Shown: piece after piece, positions 8,354 through 18,642 of the stretch
Numbering within the stretch: the first letter of the stretch is position 1
Layout of the letters: each line of letters begins with the position of its first letter
Assembly (NCBI GenBank): GCA_028694375.1
Contig: JAQUTN010000001.1
Coordinates: forward strand, 409-64,408
Length of the DNA stretch: 64,000 bases
Origin: Bacteroidales bacterium
GTDB taxonomy: Bacteria > Bacteroidota > Bacteroidia > Bacteroidales > UBA1402
Direction of reading: 5' to 3'
Made by a program: the position numbers and the translations under genes
Notes under the pieces: generated by a model
Seen by the model: only the letters and a program-made list of their open reading frames with translations
What the model was told of the DNA's origin: nothing
Databases searched by the model: none

Positions 8354-9133
8354 TCAGCCGGCCACTGTAGAGGGTAGTCCGGTTTCGTCCTGCAGTCGGC
8401 GGGCGATCTTTTCCAGTTCTTTCAGTGGAATTTTTTCGAGGCTCTGCACCGGGGTTTCTCTGTCGATGGTGTAGATCATCACCGATTGGGGTTTGATTTT
8501 GCGCAAAGCTTCGATCCAGGCAACGATTTCTTCTTCGCGGGTATTATCTATGGCTTTGCCCAGGTAACTTCCACGAACAAAGAGAGTTTGTACAATCAGT
8601 TTCCCTTCGAAGAGTTGCATGTACTCAATTTGTTGTTGAATGGAATAATTCTTTTTTACAGGTCGATTGAGTAATTGTACGGTCGATTCCAGAGCAGAAT
8701 CCAGCTTCAGAATATTGTTGTCCACCTTTGACAGAGCTGCCCGGATGTCGGCTTGGTCTATCCGGCTTGAATTGGACAAGACACTGATTTTGGCCTTTGG
8801 CACCCAACGTTCACGCAATTCTATGACTGCATCGATGATGGCCGGAAAATCCGGATGTATGGTGGGCTCTCCGTTGCCGGCAAAAGTAAGGACATCGGGA
8901 ATGACTCCTTCTGCCAGCATTGACCGAAGTTTGGTGTCGAGGGCTGCTACCACCTGATCGATTTTTGGGAGAGTGGTTCGTCCTTTCATGTTGCCCAGTC
9001 CGCATTCGCAATAAAGGCAGTCGAAATTGCAGAATTTTCTATTCAGAGGTAAGAGGTTGATTCCCAGCGAGATGCCAAGACGTCGGCTCTTCACCGGGCC
9101 GAATATAATATCTTGAAAAAGTATGGTGGACAT
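8354..9133 (-). CDS. Radical SAM protein of unknown specific function
   Basis: 259 aa with the CNFDCLYC (CxxxCxxC) cluster motif preceded by GPVKSRRLGISLGINLLP. Its stop lies 2 nt before the mnmD start, and its start lies 6 nt after the nadB stop. Confidence 0.85.
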   Translation of the reverse strand: MSTILFQDIIFGPVKSRRLGISLGINLLPLNRKFCNFDCLYCECGLGNMKGRTTLPKIDQVVAALDTKLRSMLAEGVIPDVLTFAGNGEPTIHPDFPAIIDAVIELRERWVPKAKISVLSNSSRIDQADIRAALSKVDNNILKLDSALESTVQLLNRPVKKNYSIQQQIEYMQLFEGKLIVQTLFVRGSYLGKAIDNTREEEIVAWIEALRKIKPQSVMIYTIDRETPVQSLEKIPLKELEKIARRLQDETGLPSTVAG

Positions 9134-9139
9134 AGTGAT

Positions 9140-10738
9140 TTAGGGGATTAGGGGATAGGTATGTCCCAGTTCGTTTTTGTTCGGATAGTCAATGGTATAA
9201 TGCAAACCACGGCTCTCTTTGCGTAACTGAGCCTGTTTGATTACCAGATAGCCGGTATTGATGATGTTCCTGAGTTCGCAAATTTCTTTAGATACTACCG
9301 AACGAATAAAAAGCCTTTCGGTCTCCTGATAGAGTATTTCCAGGCGGTCCAAAGCCCTCTTTAATCGAAGGTTGGAGCGAACTATGCCCACATAGGAGCT
9401 CATGATTTGCCCTACTTCTTTGGCACTTTGGGTGATCAGGATCATTTCTTCGGGCAGGCGTGTTCCTTCGTCGTTCCACAAAGGAATTCTTTCTTCGAAG
9501 CTGATTCCTTTCAGCCGGCCCAGGGCGTGTTTGGCAGCCGATTCAGCGTATACGATGGCTTCAATCAGAGAATTGGATGCCAGCCGGTTTGCCCCGTGCA
9601 GGCCGGTCCTGGCGCATTCGCCCGAGGCATACAGGCGCTCTATGCTCGATTCTGCGTTTTTATCTACCTCGATGCCGCCGCATAAGTAATGGGCTGCAGG
9701 AGCCACCGGGATATAATCTTTGGTTATGTCAATACCTATGGACAGGCATTTCTTGTAAATATTCGGAAAATGCTTTTTGGTTTCTGCCGCCTCTTTGTGA
9801 GTAACATCCAGGTAAACATAATCGGTCCCCCGGGTTTTCATTTCGGTATCAATGGCGCGGGCAACAATATCGCGGGGAGCCAGCGAGCCTCTGGCATCGT
9901 ACTTCTGCATAAACTCTTCTTCGTTACGAGTACGCAACACAGCGCCGTAACCCCGCATAGCTTCCGTAATCAAAAAAGAGGGCCTTTCGGTGGGATAATA
10001 CAAGGCTGTAGGGTGAAACTGCACAAATTCCATGTCTTTTACCTGCCCTTTTGCCCGATAGACCATAGCGATGCCGTCACCGGTGGCAATAACCGGATTG
10101 GTCGTGGTTTGATAGATATTTCCTATTCCTCCGGCAGCCATCATGGTGATTTTGGCCAAAAAAGTATGTATGGCTCTGGTGCGCTGATTCAAGACGTAGG
10201 CTCCGTAACATTCAATATGTTCCGATTGCCTGGTAATGGTCGCTCCCAAATGGTGTTGGGTCAGGATCTCGATGGCGAAATGGTGATCGAAGACATGAAT
10301 GTTGGGATGTTGTTGTATTCTGTTTATCAGGCTGCGTTGAATTTCGGCTCCTGTAGCATCCTGATGATGCAGAATGCGGTTTTCGGAATGGCCACCTTCG
10401 CGGTGAAGATCGTAATGTCCGCTCTGATCTTTGTCAAAGGCCACTCCCCAGTGGATGAGTTCGGCCACCTGGGCAGGGGCCTCCTTTACCACCTTTTCTA
10501 CCACCGATTTTTCGCAAAGCCCGTCTCCGCAAATCAGGGTGTCTTCTATGTGTTTTTGAAAATTGTCGGTGGCCGGATTGGTGACAGAGGCTATACCACC
10601 CTGGGCATAAAAAGTGTTGGCTTCTTCCAGGGCCGATTTACAGCAGATAGCCACGCTGCCTTTGTCGGCCACCTTCAGGGCGAAACTCATTCCGGCCAGG
10701 CCGGAGCCGATTACCAAAAAATCAAATTTGCGTACCAT
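9140..10738 (-). CDS. nadB: L-aspartate oxidase
   Basis: 532 aa with the FAD dinucleotide motif DFLVIGSGLAGMS and the fumarate reductase/succinate dehydrogenase flavoprotein fold. Size and C-terminus are typical of NadB. Confidence 0.92.
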   Translation of the reverse strand: MVRKFDFLVIGSGLAGMSFALKVADKGSVAICCKSALEEANTFYAQGGIASVTNPATDNFQKHIEDTLICGDGLCEKSVVEKVVKEAPAQVAELIHWGVAFDKDQSGHYDLHREGGHSENRILHHQDATGAEIQRSLINRIQQHPNIHVFDHHFAIEILTQHHLGATITRQSEHIECYGAYVLNQRTRAIHTFLAKITMMAAGGIGNIYQTTTNPVIATGDGIAMVYRAKGQVKDMEFVQFHPTALYYPTERPSFLITEAMRGYGAVLRTRNEEEFMQKYDARGSLAPRDIVARAIDTEMKTRGTDYVYLDVTHKEAAETKKHFPNIYKKCLSIGIDITKDYIPVAPAAHYLCGGIEVDKNAESSIERLYASGECARTGLHGANRLASNSLIEAIVYAESAAKHALGRLKGISFEERIPLWNDEGTRLPEEMILITQSAKEVGQIMSSYVGIVRSNLRLKRALDRLEILYQETERLFIRSVVSKEICELRNIINTGYLVIKQAQLRKESRGLHYTIDYPNKNELGHTYPLIP

Positions 10739-10834
10739 AGTAATACCGTTGTTTGTAGCTCAATAACCCGAAACAGCCTATTCATCGCGGGTAATTGAAC
10801 TACAAAAGTAAGCTTTTTTTTATCAAATCTTTAG

Positions 10835-10842
10835 TACCTTTG
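10835..10842 (+). promoter_or_regulatory. Candidate -7 promoter box for leuS
   Basis: tacctttg (TAnnTTTG) lies 23 nt upstream of the ATG at 10865. Confidence 0.45.
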
Positions 10843-10864
10843 CAGCGTTTTTTAGAATAGTATA

Positions 10865-13624
10865 ATGGAGTACAATTTCAGCGCCATCGAAAAGAAATGG
10901 CAGGAGGAGTGGATAAAATGCCAAACGTATAAGGTCAACGAAGATCAATCTAAACCAAAATTTTATGTGCTGGACATGTTCCCCTATCCTTCGGGTGCGG
11001 GTTTACACGTGGGACATCCCCTGGGCTACATAGCCTCAGACATAGTGGCCAGATACAAGCGACTACAGGGATACAATGTGTTGCATCCCATGGGTTACGA
11101 TGCTTACGGCCTGCCTGCCGAACAGTACGCCATTCAAACCGGGCAGCATCCGGCCATCACTACTGCCAAAAATATTGAACGTTACAGGGAACAACTCGAC
11201 AAAATCGGCTTCAGCTTCGATTGGAACCGGGAAGTCAGAACCTGCGATCCTGCGTATTACAAATGGACGCAGTGGGCTTTTATTCAGATGTTTAAAAGCT
11301 ATTACAATACAGGGCTTGATCAAGCCCGGCCTATAGAGGAATTGATTGGCTTGTTCGAATCTCAGGGAAACAGCAATATTCCGGCCCACGGAAGTGAAGA
11401 AGTTCCTGAATTTTCGGCTGCTCAATGGAAAAGTTTTGATGCGGTAAAACAGCAAGAGATTTTAATGCACTATCGCATTGCTTATCTGGGAGACAGCATG
11501 GTGAACTGGTGCCCGGCTTTGGGCACGGTGCTGGCCAACGACGAGGTGAGCGAAGGCCTGTCTTTGCGCGGAGGTTATCCGGTGGAGCAAAAGCTGATGC
11601 GCCAGTGGTGTCTGCGTATCTCTGCCTATGCCGAAAGACTGCTGCAAGGCCTGGACAAAATCGACTGGACCGATTCGCTCAAAGAAACCCAACGCAATTG
11701 GATAGGTCGTTCCGAAGGAGCCGAAATGGCCTTCAAGGTCAAGGATTCAAGTCTTACGATTCCCATCTTTACCACACGTGCCGACACTATTTTCGGAGTA
11801 ACTTTTATGGTGCTGGCTCCCGAAAGCGACTTGGTAGAAAGCCTTACAAAACCCGAATATAAGGCCGAAGTGGACACTTATCTTCAGAAAGTGAAGAAAC
11901 GCACCGAGCGGGAACGCATAGCCGACCGGCGGGTGAGCGGAGTGTTTACCGGCAGCTACGCCATCAATCCCTTGTCGGGCACCGAAATCCCTGTATGGGT
12001 GAGCGATTACGTACTGGCAGGCTACGGCACCGGAGCCATTATGGCTGTTCCGGGCCACGACAGCCGCGACTATGCTTTTGCCAGACATTTCAATCTGCCC
12101 ATCATCCCTTTGATTGAGGGTTGTGATATTTCAGAAGAAAGTTTTGATGCCAAAGAAGGCATTATGATGAATTCCGGCTTTTTAAACGGACTGGGAGTGC
12201 CGGAAGCTATCGAAAAAACTAAAGCCTACCTTAGCGAAAACAAACTGGGCCGGATTAAAGTGAATTACCGTCTCCGCGATGCCATATTCAGCCGTCAGCG
12301 CTATTGGGGTGAACCCTTCCCCGTTTACTACAAAGACGGTCTGCCTCAAATGCTGGACGAAGCTTCCCTGCCTCTGGAATTGCCCGAAGTAGATAATTTC
12401 CTGCCCACCGAAAAAGGCGAACCTCCGCTGGGCCATGCCAAAAACTGGAAAACCCCCGAAGGTTATCCTTTGGAATTGAATACTATGCCGGGTTTTGCCG
12501 GTTCTTCGGCCTATTACCTGCGCTATATGGATCCGCACAACGAGCAGGCTTTGGTTTCGGGAGCAGCCAACACTTACTGGAGGCAGGTCGATTTATATGT
12601 CGGCGGTACGGAGCACGCTACCGGTCATCTGGTTTACAGCCGTTTCTGGAATAAATTTCTGTACGATCTGGGAGTAGTCTGCGAGGATGAACCTTTCAAA
12701 AAGCTCGTTAATCAGGGCATGATTCAGGGCCGCTCCAATTTTGTGTACAGAATCAAAGACAGCCATACTTTTGTTTCCAACAATCTCAAAGACAAGTACG
12801 AATACACTGCTATTCACGTGGATGTTAATATAGTAAGCAACGACATCCTGGATCTGGAGCGTTTCCGTAGCTGGAGCCCAGAATACAAAGACGCTGAGTT
12901 TATACTGGAAGACGGTAAATACATCTGTGGCTGGGCTGTCGAAAAAATGTCTAAATCAATGTATAATGTGGTCAATCCCGACCAAATCGTCGAAAAGTAC
13001 GGAGCCGACACTCTGAGGTTATACGAAATGTTTCTGGGCCCCCTGGAACAATCCAAACCCTGGGATACCAACGGCATTGACGGCGTGCATCGTTTTCTGA
13101 AAAAAATATGGAATCTGTGTGCGTCAGGGGATGGATTCAGTTTCAGCGATGCGGCACCCGACAAACAGGAGCTGAAATCGCTGCATAAACTGATTAAGAA
13201 ACTCAATTGGGACATAGAGCATTTTTCGTTCAATACGGCAGTCAGTGCTTTTATGATATGTGTAAATGAATTGTCGGCAAAGAAATGCGATAAAAGGGGA
13301 ATTATTAAACCTTTGATTATCCTTTTGGCTCCTTTTGCTCCGCATTTTGGCGAAGAAATCTGGCAGGCGCTCGGGGAACAGGGCTCTGTTTGCGATGCAG
13401 TCTGGCCTGAATTGAACGAGGATTATCTGGTGGAAGATCAGATAACTTATGCTGTTTCTTTCAACGGAAAAACCCGTTTTATGCTGGATATCCCCGCAGA
13501 AGCCGGCAGAGAGGAAGTGCAGCAGCTGGCCCTGGCTCACGAAAACAGTCAAAAGTGGCTCGAAGGAAAAACGCCCAAAAAGATCATTGTTGTTCCGGGG
13601 AAAATAGTGAACATTGTATTATAG
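10865..13624 (+). CDS. leuS: Leucine--tRNA ligase
   Basis: 919 aa with the HIGH-type motif (HVGHPLGY), the KMSKS motif and the CP1 editing domain. Confidence 0.98.
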   Translation: MEYNFSAIEKKWQEEWIKCQTYKVNEDQSKPKFYVLDMFPYPSGAGLHVGHPLGYIASDIVARYKRLQGYNVLHPMGYDAYGLPAEQYAIQTGQHPAITTAKNIERYREQLDKIGFSFDWNREVRTCDPAYYKWTQWAFIQMFKSYYNTGLDQARPIEELIGLFESQGNSNIPAHGSEEVPEFSAAQWKSFDAVKQQEILMHYRIAYLGDSMVNWCPALGTVLANDEVSEGLSLRGGYPVEQKLMRQWCLRISAYAERLLQGLDKIDWTDSLKETQRNWIGRSEGAEMAFKVKDSSLTIPIFTTRADTIFGVTFMVLAPESDLVESLTKPEYKAEVDTYLQKVKKRTERERIADRRVSGVFTGSYAINPLSGTEIPVWVSDYVLAGYGTGAIMAVPGHDSRDYAFARHFNLPIIPLIEGCDISEESFDAKEGIMMNSGFLNGLGVPEAIEKTKAYLSENKLGRIKVNYRLRDAIFSRQRYWGEPFPVYYKDGLPQMLDEASLPLELPEVDNFLPTEKGEPPLGHAKNWKTPEGYPLELNTMPGFAGSSAYYLRYMDPHNEQALVSGAANTYWRQVDLYVGGTEHATGHLVYSRFWNKFLYDLGVVCEDEPFKKLVNQGMIQGRSNFVYRIKDSHTFVSNNLKDKYEYTAIHVDVNIVSNDILDLERFRSWSPEYKDAEFILEDGKYICGWAVEKMSKSMYNVVNPDQIVEKYGADTLRLYEMFLGPLEQSKPWDTNGIDGVHRFLKKIWNLCASGDGFSFSDAAPDKQELKSLHKLIKKLNWDIEHFSFNTAVSAFMICVNELSAKKCDKRGIIKPLIILLAPFAPHFGEEIWQALGEQGSVCDAVWPELNEDYLVEDQITYAVSFNGKTRFMLDIPAEAGREEVQQLALAHENSQKWLEGKTPKKIIVVPGKIVNIVL

Positions 13625-13643
13625 TCTTAAAACAGAGTTTATT

Positions 13644-13681
13644 TCCCGATACAAATTTTTTTGTGTCGGGATTTTTTTTTG
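13644..13681 (+). terminator. Intrinsic terminator after leuS
   Basis: tcccgataca-aattttt-tgtgtcggga forms a 10-bp stem with one G.U pair, followed by a T10 tract. Confidence 0.7.
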
Positions 13682-13814
13682 AAAAAGATTGTGTATTATT
13701 GTTGCTGATTTGTTTGGTTGATTCATTTGATTGTTTTGTCGTTGTTGTGTTTGGTTGTTGTGATTACTGAGAACCCTTTCAATTTTAGTCCGAAAACAAT
13801 TAATTCTTATAGTT

Positions 13815-16800
13815 ATGAAAAACACTCTTTTTTTACTCCTCTGCTTTTGCAGCTTATTTGTTTTTGGCATAAATGTGGTGCCAAATGGTGATTTCGAGCA
13901 GTGGCAAACTGCTGATTGCGATTATCCTCTTCATTATCCCTATGGATCGAATGAATATCGGTTTTTTTCGCAAGGCTTGTCCCCCAATGCTACTCAAACC
14001 AGCGATGCCTGGCACGGCAATTACGCCATCAGACTGGAAACTGATTCCGCAACCGATGGTAGCGGATATGCTTATTATCTGAATATGGATCCCGGCGAAG
14101 GGAGTCCGCTGGATTGGACAGGTGGTTTAGCCCTGACCGAAATGCCGACCGGCATCAGCGGATACTACAAATATTCCTGCGTGATGCCTGATTCCGGGCT
14201 TATCATTGTAACATTTACCAAAGAAGGTCAGTATTTGGAAAGCTACTATTTTTATCTGACTGAAACAGACGATAAATATCAACCATTTAGTTTTAACTTT
14301 GCATCACCGCCCGAACTAAGTCCCGATTCCATGTGTCTGGGCTTTGCCTCCAGCGATGTAATGGCCGAAAGATTCGGTTTTGGCAGTGTATTGTATCTGG
14401 ATAGTATTCAGCTGACAGGATTGAGTGTACAGCCGGCTGAGCTCAATGGCGATTTTGAAGAATGGACTTCCGTTCATTATAAAAGACCTTTCTTCTGGGA
14501 TATTTCGGGAGCTTATCAACCCGGAGAGTATCTAAGCGAAGATGCTTTTTTTGGGCAGTATGCCCTTAAGCTGGAAAGCTTCGGCAGATACGACTACGAC
14601 AGTCAGACAACAATCAACAATCCCCGCAGAGCTACCCTTGGAAGATGGAACGATGAGCAACAGTTCTGGGAAGGGGGCTTGCCCTTGTACGGGCAGGAAG
14701 ACACCCTGGTGTTTTATTATAAATACATCCCGGCAAGTATCGACGATACCGCCATGATACACTTGAATTTTTTGAAGGGCGAATCGCATGTTCAAACGCT
14801 TACACGTTATCTTTACCTTGCTACAGAGTACGTAGAAGTAAAAATTCCCTTTGACACAAAATGGATGTGGACCAAGCCCGACAGGTTGTTAATTGAAACC
14901 TACAGCAGTTTGTGGGAAAATCAGGAGGCAGGTTTTGTCGGATCGACGCTGTTGCTGGATGGTTTTATGCTGTTAGACGGTACCAACGATCCCGGAGATC
15001 CCGGAGACCCCGGTGATCCCGGCGATCCCGGCGACCCTGGTGACCCGGGGAACCCGGGGAACAAACCCATCACCAAAGCCACCGTTTTTCCCAACGGTGA
15101 TTTTGAAGCCTGGGACAGCATCAGTTACGAATACCCCGAAAATTATCCATTTACCTCTAATATGTTCCGTTTGTTCCTGGAGCCTTTTGTGCCAACTGCC
15201 GTCAAAACCACCATGGCCCAAAGCGGTAATTACGCTCTGCGTCTCTTTAGTGACGATGCACAGGAAACAGTGAATTTTGGCTTTATTATGAATACCAATC
15301 CGGGCGAAGGCGATCCCGCTACCTGGCACGGAGGTTTTGCCATGACCGAAGCACCCACAGGCATAACAGGCCATTATATGTACAATCAATCGGAACTCGA
15401 TTCTGCCATGTTGCTCTTTATGTTCCAAAAAGACGGGCAGTTGTTGCAGGAGTATTATTTCCATTTGAAACTGGATACTCCCATGACTTACAATTATGTG
15501 CCTTTTGATTTTGATTTTGAACCACCATTGACCCAAGTGCCTGATTCAATGGTATTCGGCGTTTTGTCAACCGGCAGTCTGGAAGATATGGCTAAACCTG
15601 CGGGCTGTGAATTGTATATTGACAATATCAGCCTGAAAGGTTTGAGCGCTCAGCCCGCCGAATTAAACGGTGACTTTGAGCTTTGGCAAACAAAAAGCCT
15701 GTTTATTCCACAGGAATGGCAAAAGAACAGTATGGATTATGAACGTTTCGACAGGTCGACTGATGCAGTACAGGGAAAGTATGCGCTTGAATTAAAGACA
15801 ATAGCCGGCATGGATGATGGTGTACAGGTAGCCAGACCCGGTGAGGTTTCCAATGGTTATTGGGATGATGAGTGTCAATGTCAGCGCGGAGGCATAGCCT
15901 TTGAGAACACCAAAGATACCTTGACCTTCTACTACAAATACCATGCTTCCACCGATTCTGCCAGAGCCGTCGTCAGGCTGCATTTTAAAAGGGAAGGTGA
16001 ATATGTCTGGTACGAAGAGGCAGAACTGGAGCCATCAGACACTTACGTGCAAAAGGATATTCTGATCGAAATCTATAAATATTATGCTATTCCTCCGGAT
16101 ACAGTCATTGTAAGTATTTTGTCCACGGATTGGGAAGACAGAGATCCTTCCTTTGTGGGCAGTCATCTCTGGATTGATAATATGCATTTCCGTTCGGAAT
16201 TTTATGTGCCGCCGGTGAAAGATCCTACCGATCCCAACCCGGAAATTCCCAACGGAGGATTTGAATATTGGGAGACCAAAGGTTACGATTATCCTCTGAA
16301 TTATCCATATAATACCAATACTATCCTTGATGTCGATTTGAATCTGGAGCCCTCGGTTTTCAAAACCAATGATGCCGTTCAGGGAAATTGGGCCTTGAAC
16401 ATGATAAACAGGAAGTATTACGAGGAACTAATGACCGGCTTTGTGCTCAATGCAAATCCGAGCGAGGATTTTGAAAAATGGCACGGGGGATCACCTATTA
16501 ATGAAGCACCTACAGGTATAAGCCTGTATTATAAATATTACCCTCAAGGCAGTGATACGGCAGTCGTATTATTGGCTTTCAGCAAAGAAGGACAGAATCT
16601 GGGTACTTATGCTTTTCCTTTGACAGCGGCCTCGAGCTATGTCTTGTTTGATACCATTCTGGATCCTCCGCTGTTGCAAGTTCCCGATTCATTTATTCTC
16701 GGTTTTGCTTCGGGTAATGCGATGACTGAGACTTATGTTGAAGGATCGGAATTGTTTATTGACAAAGTCACATTTACCGGGTTATATGCGCAGCCTGTGG

Positions 16801-17627
16801 ATTTGAACGGCGATTTTGAAGCCTGGGTTGAGAAACGGATAGAGAAACCCTTGTCCTGGAGTTCACCTTACGGTGTAGAAGGAGGGGTGCTTAAAACCAC
16901 AGAGGCCTTTGCGGGTTCTTACGCAGTTGAGTTACATACACAATTGGTTGAGGAGGAGGAAGATTATTACAGCATGCCCGGAATGTTGTTCTCTGGATCG
17001 TGGATTACAGCAGGTTTTGAAGGCGGTTTGCCCATATGGAACTTAACAGATACACTCTTCTTTTATTACAAATACCAGCCTGCCAATCCTCTGGATTCGG
17101 CAGTTTTCAGTGTATTCTTCCTTTTAGGCAACAGTTTGGTGGATGCCCCTACCCGCTATTTAGGTGCAACTGATACTTATACTTTGGTCGAGATTCCTTT
17201 TAGTCAGGACGAAATGCCGACCTTAGCTTATTGGATAGAACCGGACAACATAGTTATTATGGCCAGTTCCTCTATACCCCAAAATTCAGACAGCAGTTTT
17301 GCCGGTGCTGTGTTGACCCTGGACGAAATCCATCTCAAAACAAGAGGCTGGACGATAGACCTGAGTCCGGAACCGCTTAAAGAGGTGCAGGCCGCTTTGT
17401 ATCCGAATCCAAGCAGGGGCAAAGTCTTTGTTTCTGATCCCGGGCAGGAGTTCAAGCAAATCAGTGTTTACACCCTGACCGGCCAGTTGATAATCAATCA
17501 GGACAAAGCAACAGACCAAAACCTGACAGAGCTTGACCTGAGCGGACAGCCCGAAGGGATTTACCTGATTAAGCTGAGTTCCGATGTGGATAAAGTCCTG
17601 TTGAAGTTGATGCTTAGAAATGAATAA
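13815..17627 (+). CDS. Giant T9SS cargo protein with six PCMD-like (putative carbohydrate-metabolism/binding) jelly-roll modules
   Basis: 1270 aa with a signal peptide. Six modules each open with (P/L)NG(D/G)FE-x-W, arranged as three two-module units, and carry recurring GISGYYKY / LxFYYKY motifs. A (DPG)7-NPG linker follows unit 1. The C-terminus LYPNPSRGKVFV...GIYLIKL is a T9SS sorting domain. Confidence 0.85.
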   Translation: MKNTLFLLLCFCSLFVFGINVVPNGDFEQWQTADCDYPLHYPYGSNEYRFFSQGLSPNATQTSDAWHGNYAIRLETDSATDGSGYAYYLNMDPGEGSPLDWTGGLALTEMPTGISGYYKYSCVMPDSGLIIVTFTKEGQYLESYYFYLTETDDKYQPFSFNFASPPELSPDSMCLGFASSDVMAERFGFGSVLYLDSIQLTGLSVQPAELNGDFEEWTSVHYKRPFFWDISGAYQPGEYLSEDAFFGQYALKLESFGRYDYDSQTTINNPRRATLGRWNDEQQFWEGGLPLYGQEDTLVFYYKYIPASIDDTAMIHLNFLKGESHVQTLTRYLYLATEYVEVKIPFDTKWMWTKPDRLLIETYSSLWENQEAGFVGSTLLLDGFMLLDGTNDPGDPGDPGDPGDPGDPGDPGNPGNKPITKATVFPNGDFEAWDSISYEYPENYPFTSNMFRLFLEPFVPTAVKTTMAQSGNYALRLFSDDAQETVNFGFIMNTNPGEGDPATWHGGFAMTEAPTGITGHYMYNQSELDSAMLLFMFQKDGQLLQEYYFHLKLDTPMTYNYVPFDFDFEPPLTQVPDSMVFGVLSTGSLEDMAKPAGCELYIDNISLKGLSAQPAELNGDFELWQTKSLFIPQEWQKNSMDYERFDRSTDAVQGKYALELKTIAGMDDGVQVARPGEVSNGYWDDECQCQRGGIAFENTKDTLTFYYKYHASTDSARAVVRLHFKREGEYVWYEEAELEPSDTYVQKDILIEIYKYYAIPPDTVIVSILSTDWEDRDPSFVGSHLWIDNMHFRSEFYVPPVKDPTDPNPEIPNGGFEYWETKGYDYPLNYPYNTNTILDVDLNLEPSVFKTNDAVQGNWALNMINRKYYEELMTGFVLNANPSEDFEKWHGGSPINEAPTGISLYYKYYPQGSDTAVVLLAFSKEGQNLGTYAFPLTAASSYVLFDTILDPPLLQVPDSFILGFASGNAMTETYVEGSELFIDKVTFTGLYAQPVDLNGDFEAWVEKRIEKPLSWSSPYGVEGGVLKTTEAFAGSYAVELHTQLVEEEEDYYSMPGMLFSGSWITAGFEGGLPIWNLTDTLFFYYKYQPANPLDSAVFSVFFLLGNSLVDAPTRYLGATDTYTLVEIPFSQDEMPTLAYWIEPDNIVIMASSSIPQNSDSSFAGAVLTLDEIHLKTRGWTIDLSPEPLKEVQAALYPNPSRGKVFVSDPGQEFKQISVYTLTGQLIINQDKATDQNLTELDLSGQPEGIYLIKLSSDVDKVLLKLMLRNE
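14988..15059 (+). repeat. In-frame 9-bp tandem repeat (GAY CCN GGN x7 plus AAC CCG GGG) encoding (DPG)7-NPG
   Basis: Read directly from the sequence: gatcccgga gatcccgga gaccccggt gatcccggc gatcccggc gaccctggt gacccgggg aacccgggg. Confidence 0.95.
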
Positions 17628-17631
17628 GCTG

Positions 17632-18642
17632 TTATAATACTACTGTGGGCCAGCCTTGTTCGTCCCAGCTGATTTCGCGTATCAGCAGGATGGAGCGGCC
17701 GTTGCGTTCCATGTCGTAGCCGTGAAAGAACAGGAAATCTTTACCGTCGAAACCGGCTACGGCATTGTGTCCTACTCCGGGGAAACGTTCGTTGCCTTTG
17801 ACAACTAAGGTCCCTGCGCCTTTGGTCATTACATTGCCTTCTCTGTCCACATAAGGGCCGGTCACTTTACGGGAACGGCCCACCACCACGTTGTAGGTGC
17901 TTTGGGCTCCGCGGCAGCACATGTCAAAGGAAACAAAGAGATAATAAAAACTGCCTCTGCGATAAATAAAAGGAGCTTCAACAGCGCCGCCACCGGGCTG
18001 TACATCAATGTCGTTGATGGTTCGCGGTCTGCCCGAGATAGGATACCATTCCTGGGGCTCAGCCAGGGCACAAAGGCTCTCGTCAAGTTTGACCAGCTTG
18101 ATGCCTTCCCAAAAAGAGCCGAAACTCATCCAGCCCGTGCCGTTTTCATCTATGACGATGTTAGGATCGATGGCGTTCCACATATCGCGGTTGGGAATGG
18201 AACGCAGCACCATGCCCCGATCTTCCCATTTGAAGTCGGGGGATGCGGGATCGAGAGTTTTGTTGGTGGCAACGCCAATGCAGGAGTTGTTTTTGCCGAA
18301 AGTGGAGACCGAATAATATAGATAATATTTGTCGTTGTGCTTAATTATGTCGGGAGCCCAGGTATGACCTCTGTATCCCGGGACAGCTTCGACAGCCCAG
18401 GCCGGAGCTTCCGGAAAAACCGGTTTTTCGCGCTTCCAGTTGACCATGTCTGTCGAAGAAAGAACAGAAATTCCAAATCCTGTACAAAATAAATAATAGG
18501 TATCGCCTTCTTTGGCTACTACCGGGTCATGAACAGAGGGATCGGGGCCGGGTTCCGGATTAAAACGATTGTCCTGGGCCGCAAGCCGGACTGTAAAACT
18601 CAGTAATAGGGTGAATGTTGCAATAAATAAAGCACTTCTCAT
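17632..18642 (-). CDS. Glycoside hydrolase family 43 (endo-1,5-alpha-L-arabinanase-like)
   Basis: GH43 five-bladed propeller motifs are present: DPVVAKEGDTYYLF, WAPDIIKHNDKYYLYYSVSTFG, GAVEAPFIYRRGSFYYLFVSFD. The likely start is the internal Met at 18642 (MRSALFIATFTLLLSFTVRLAAQ signal peptide), not the ORF-track start at 18768. Confidence 0.88.
   Translation of the reverse strand: MRSALFIATFTLLLSFTVRLAAQDNRFNPEPGPDPSVHDPVVAKEGDTYYLFCTGFGISVLSSTDMVNWKREKPVFPEAPAWAVEAVPGYRGHTWAPDIIKHNDKYYLYYSVSTFGKNNSCIGVATNKTLDPASPDFKWEDRGMVLRSIPNRDMWNAIDPNIVIDENGTGWMSFGSFWEGIKLVKLDESLCALAEPQEWYPISGRPRTINDIDVQPGGGAVEAPFIYRRGSFYYLFVSFDMCCRGAQSTYNVVVGRSRKVTGPYVDREGNVMTKGAGTLVVKGNERFPGVGHNAVAGFDGKDFLFFHGYDMERNGRSILLIREISWDEQGWPTVVL

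Noticed and set aside
9689-10798. 369-aa ORF on the plus strand
   Set aside because: It lies entirely antisense to nadB, which is a full-length, motif-complete L-aspartate oxidase. The ORF has low-complexity, Gly/Phe-rich composition and no recognisable motifs. It is a typical shadow ORF.
14988-15059. Collagen-like triple-helix domain
   Set aside because: There are only eight G-x-y-type triplets with Asp at every repeat. This is too short and atypical to call a collagen helix, so it is treated as a flexible linker or slippage-prone repeat.
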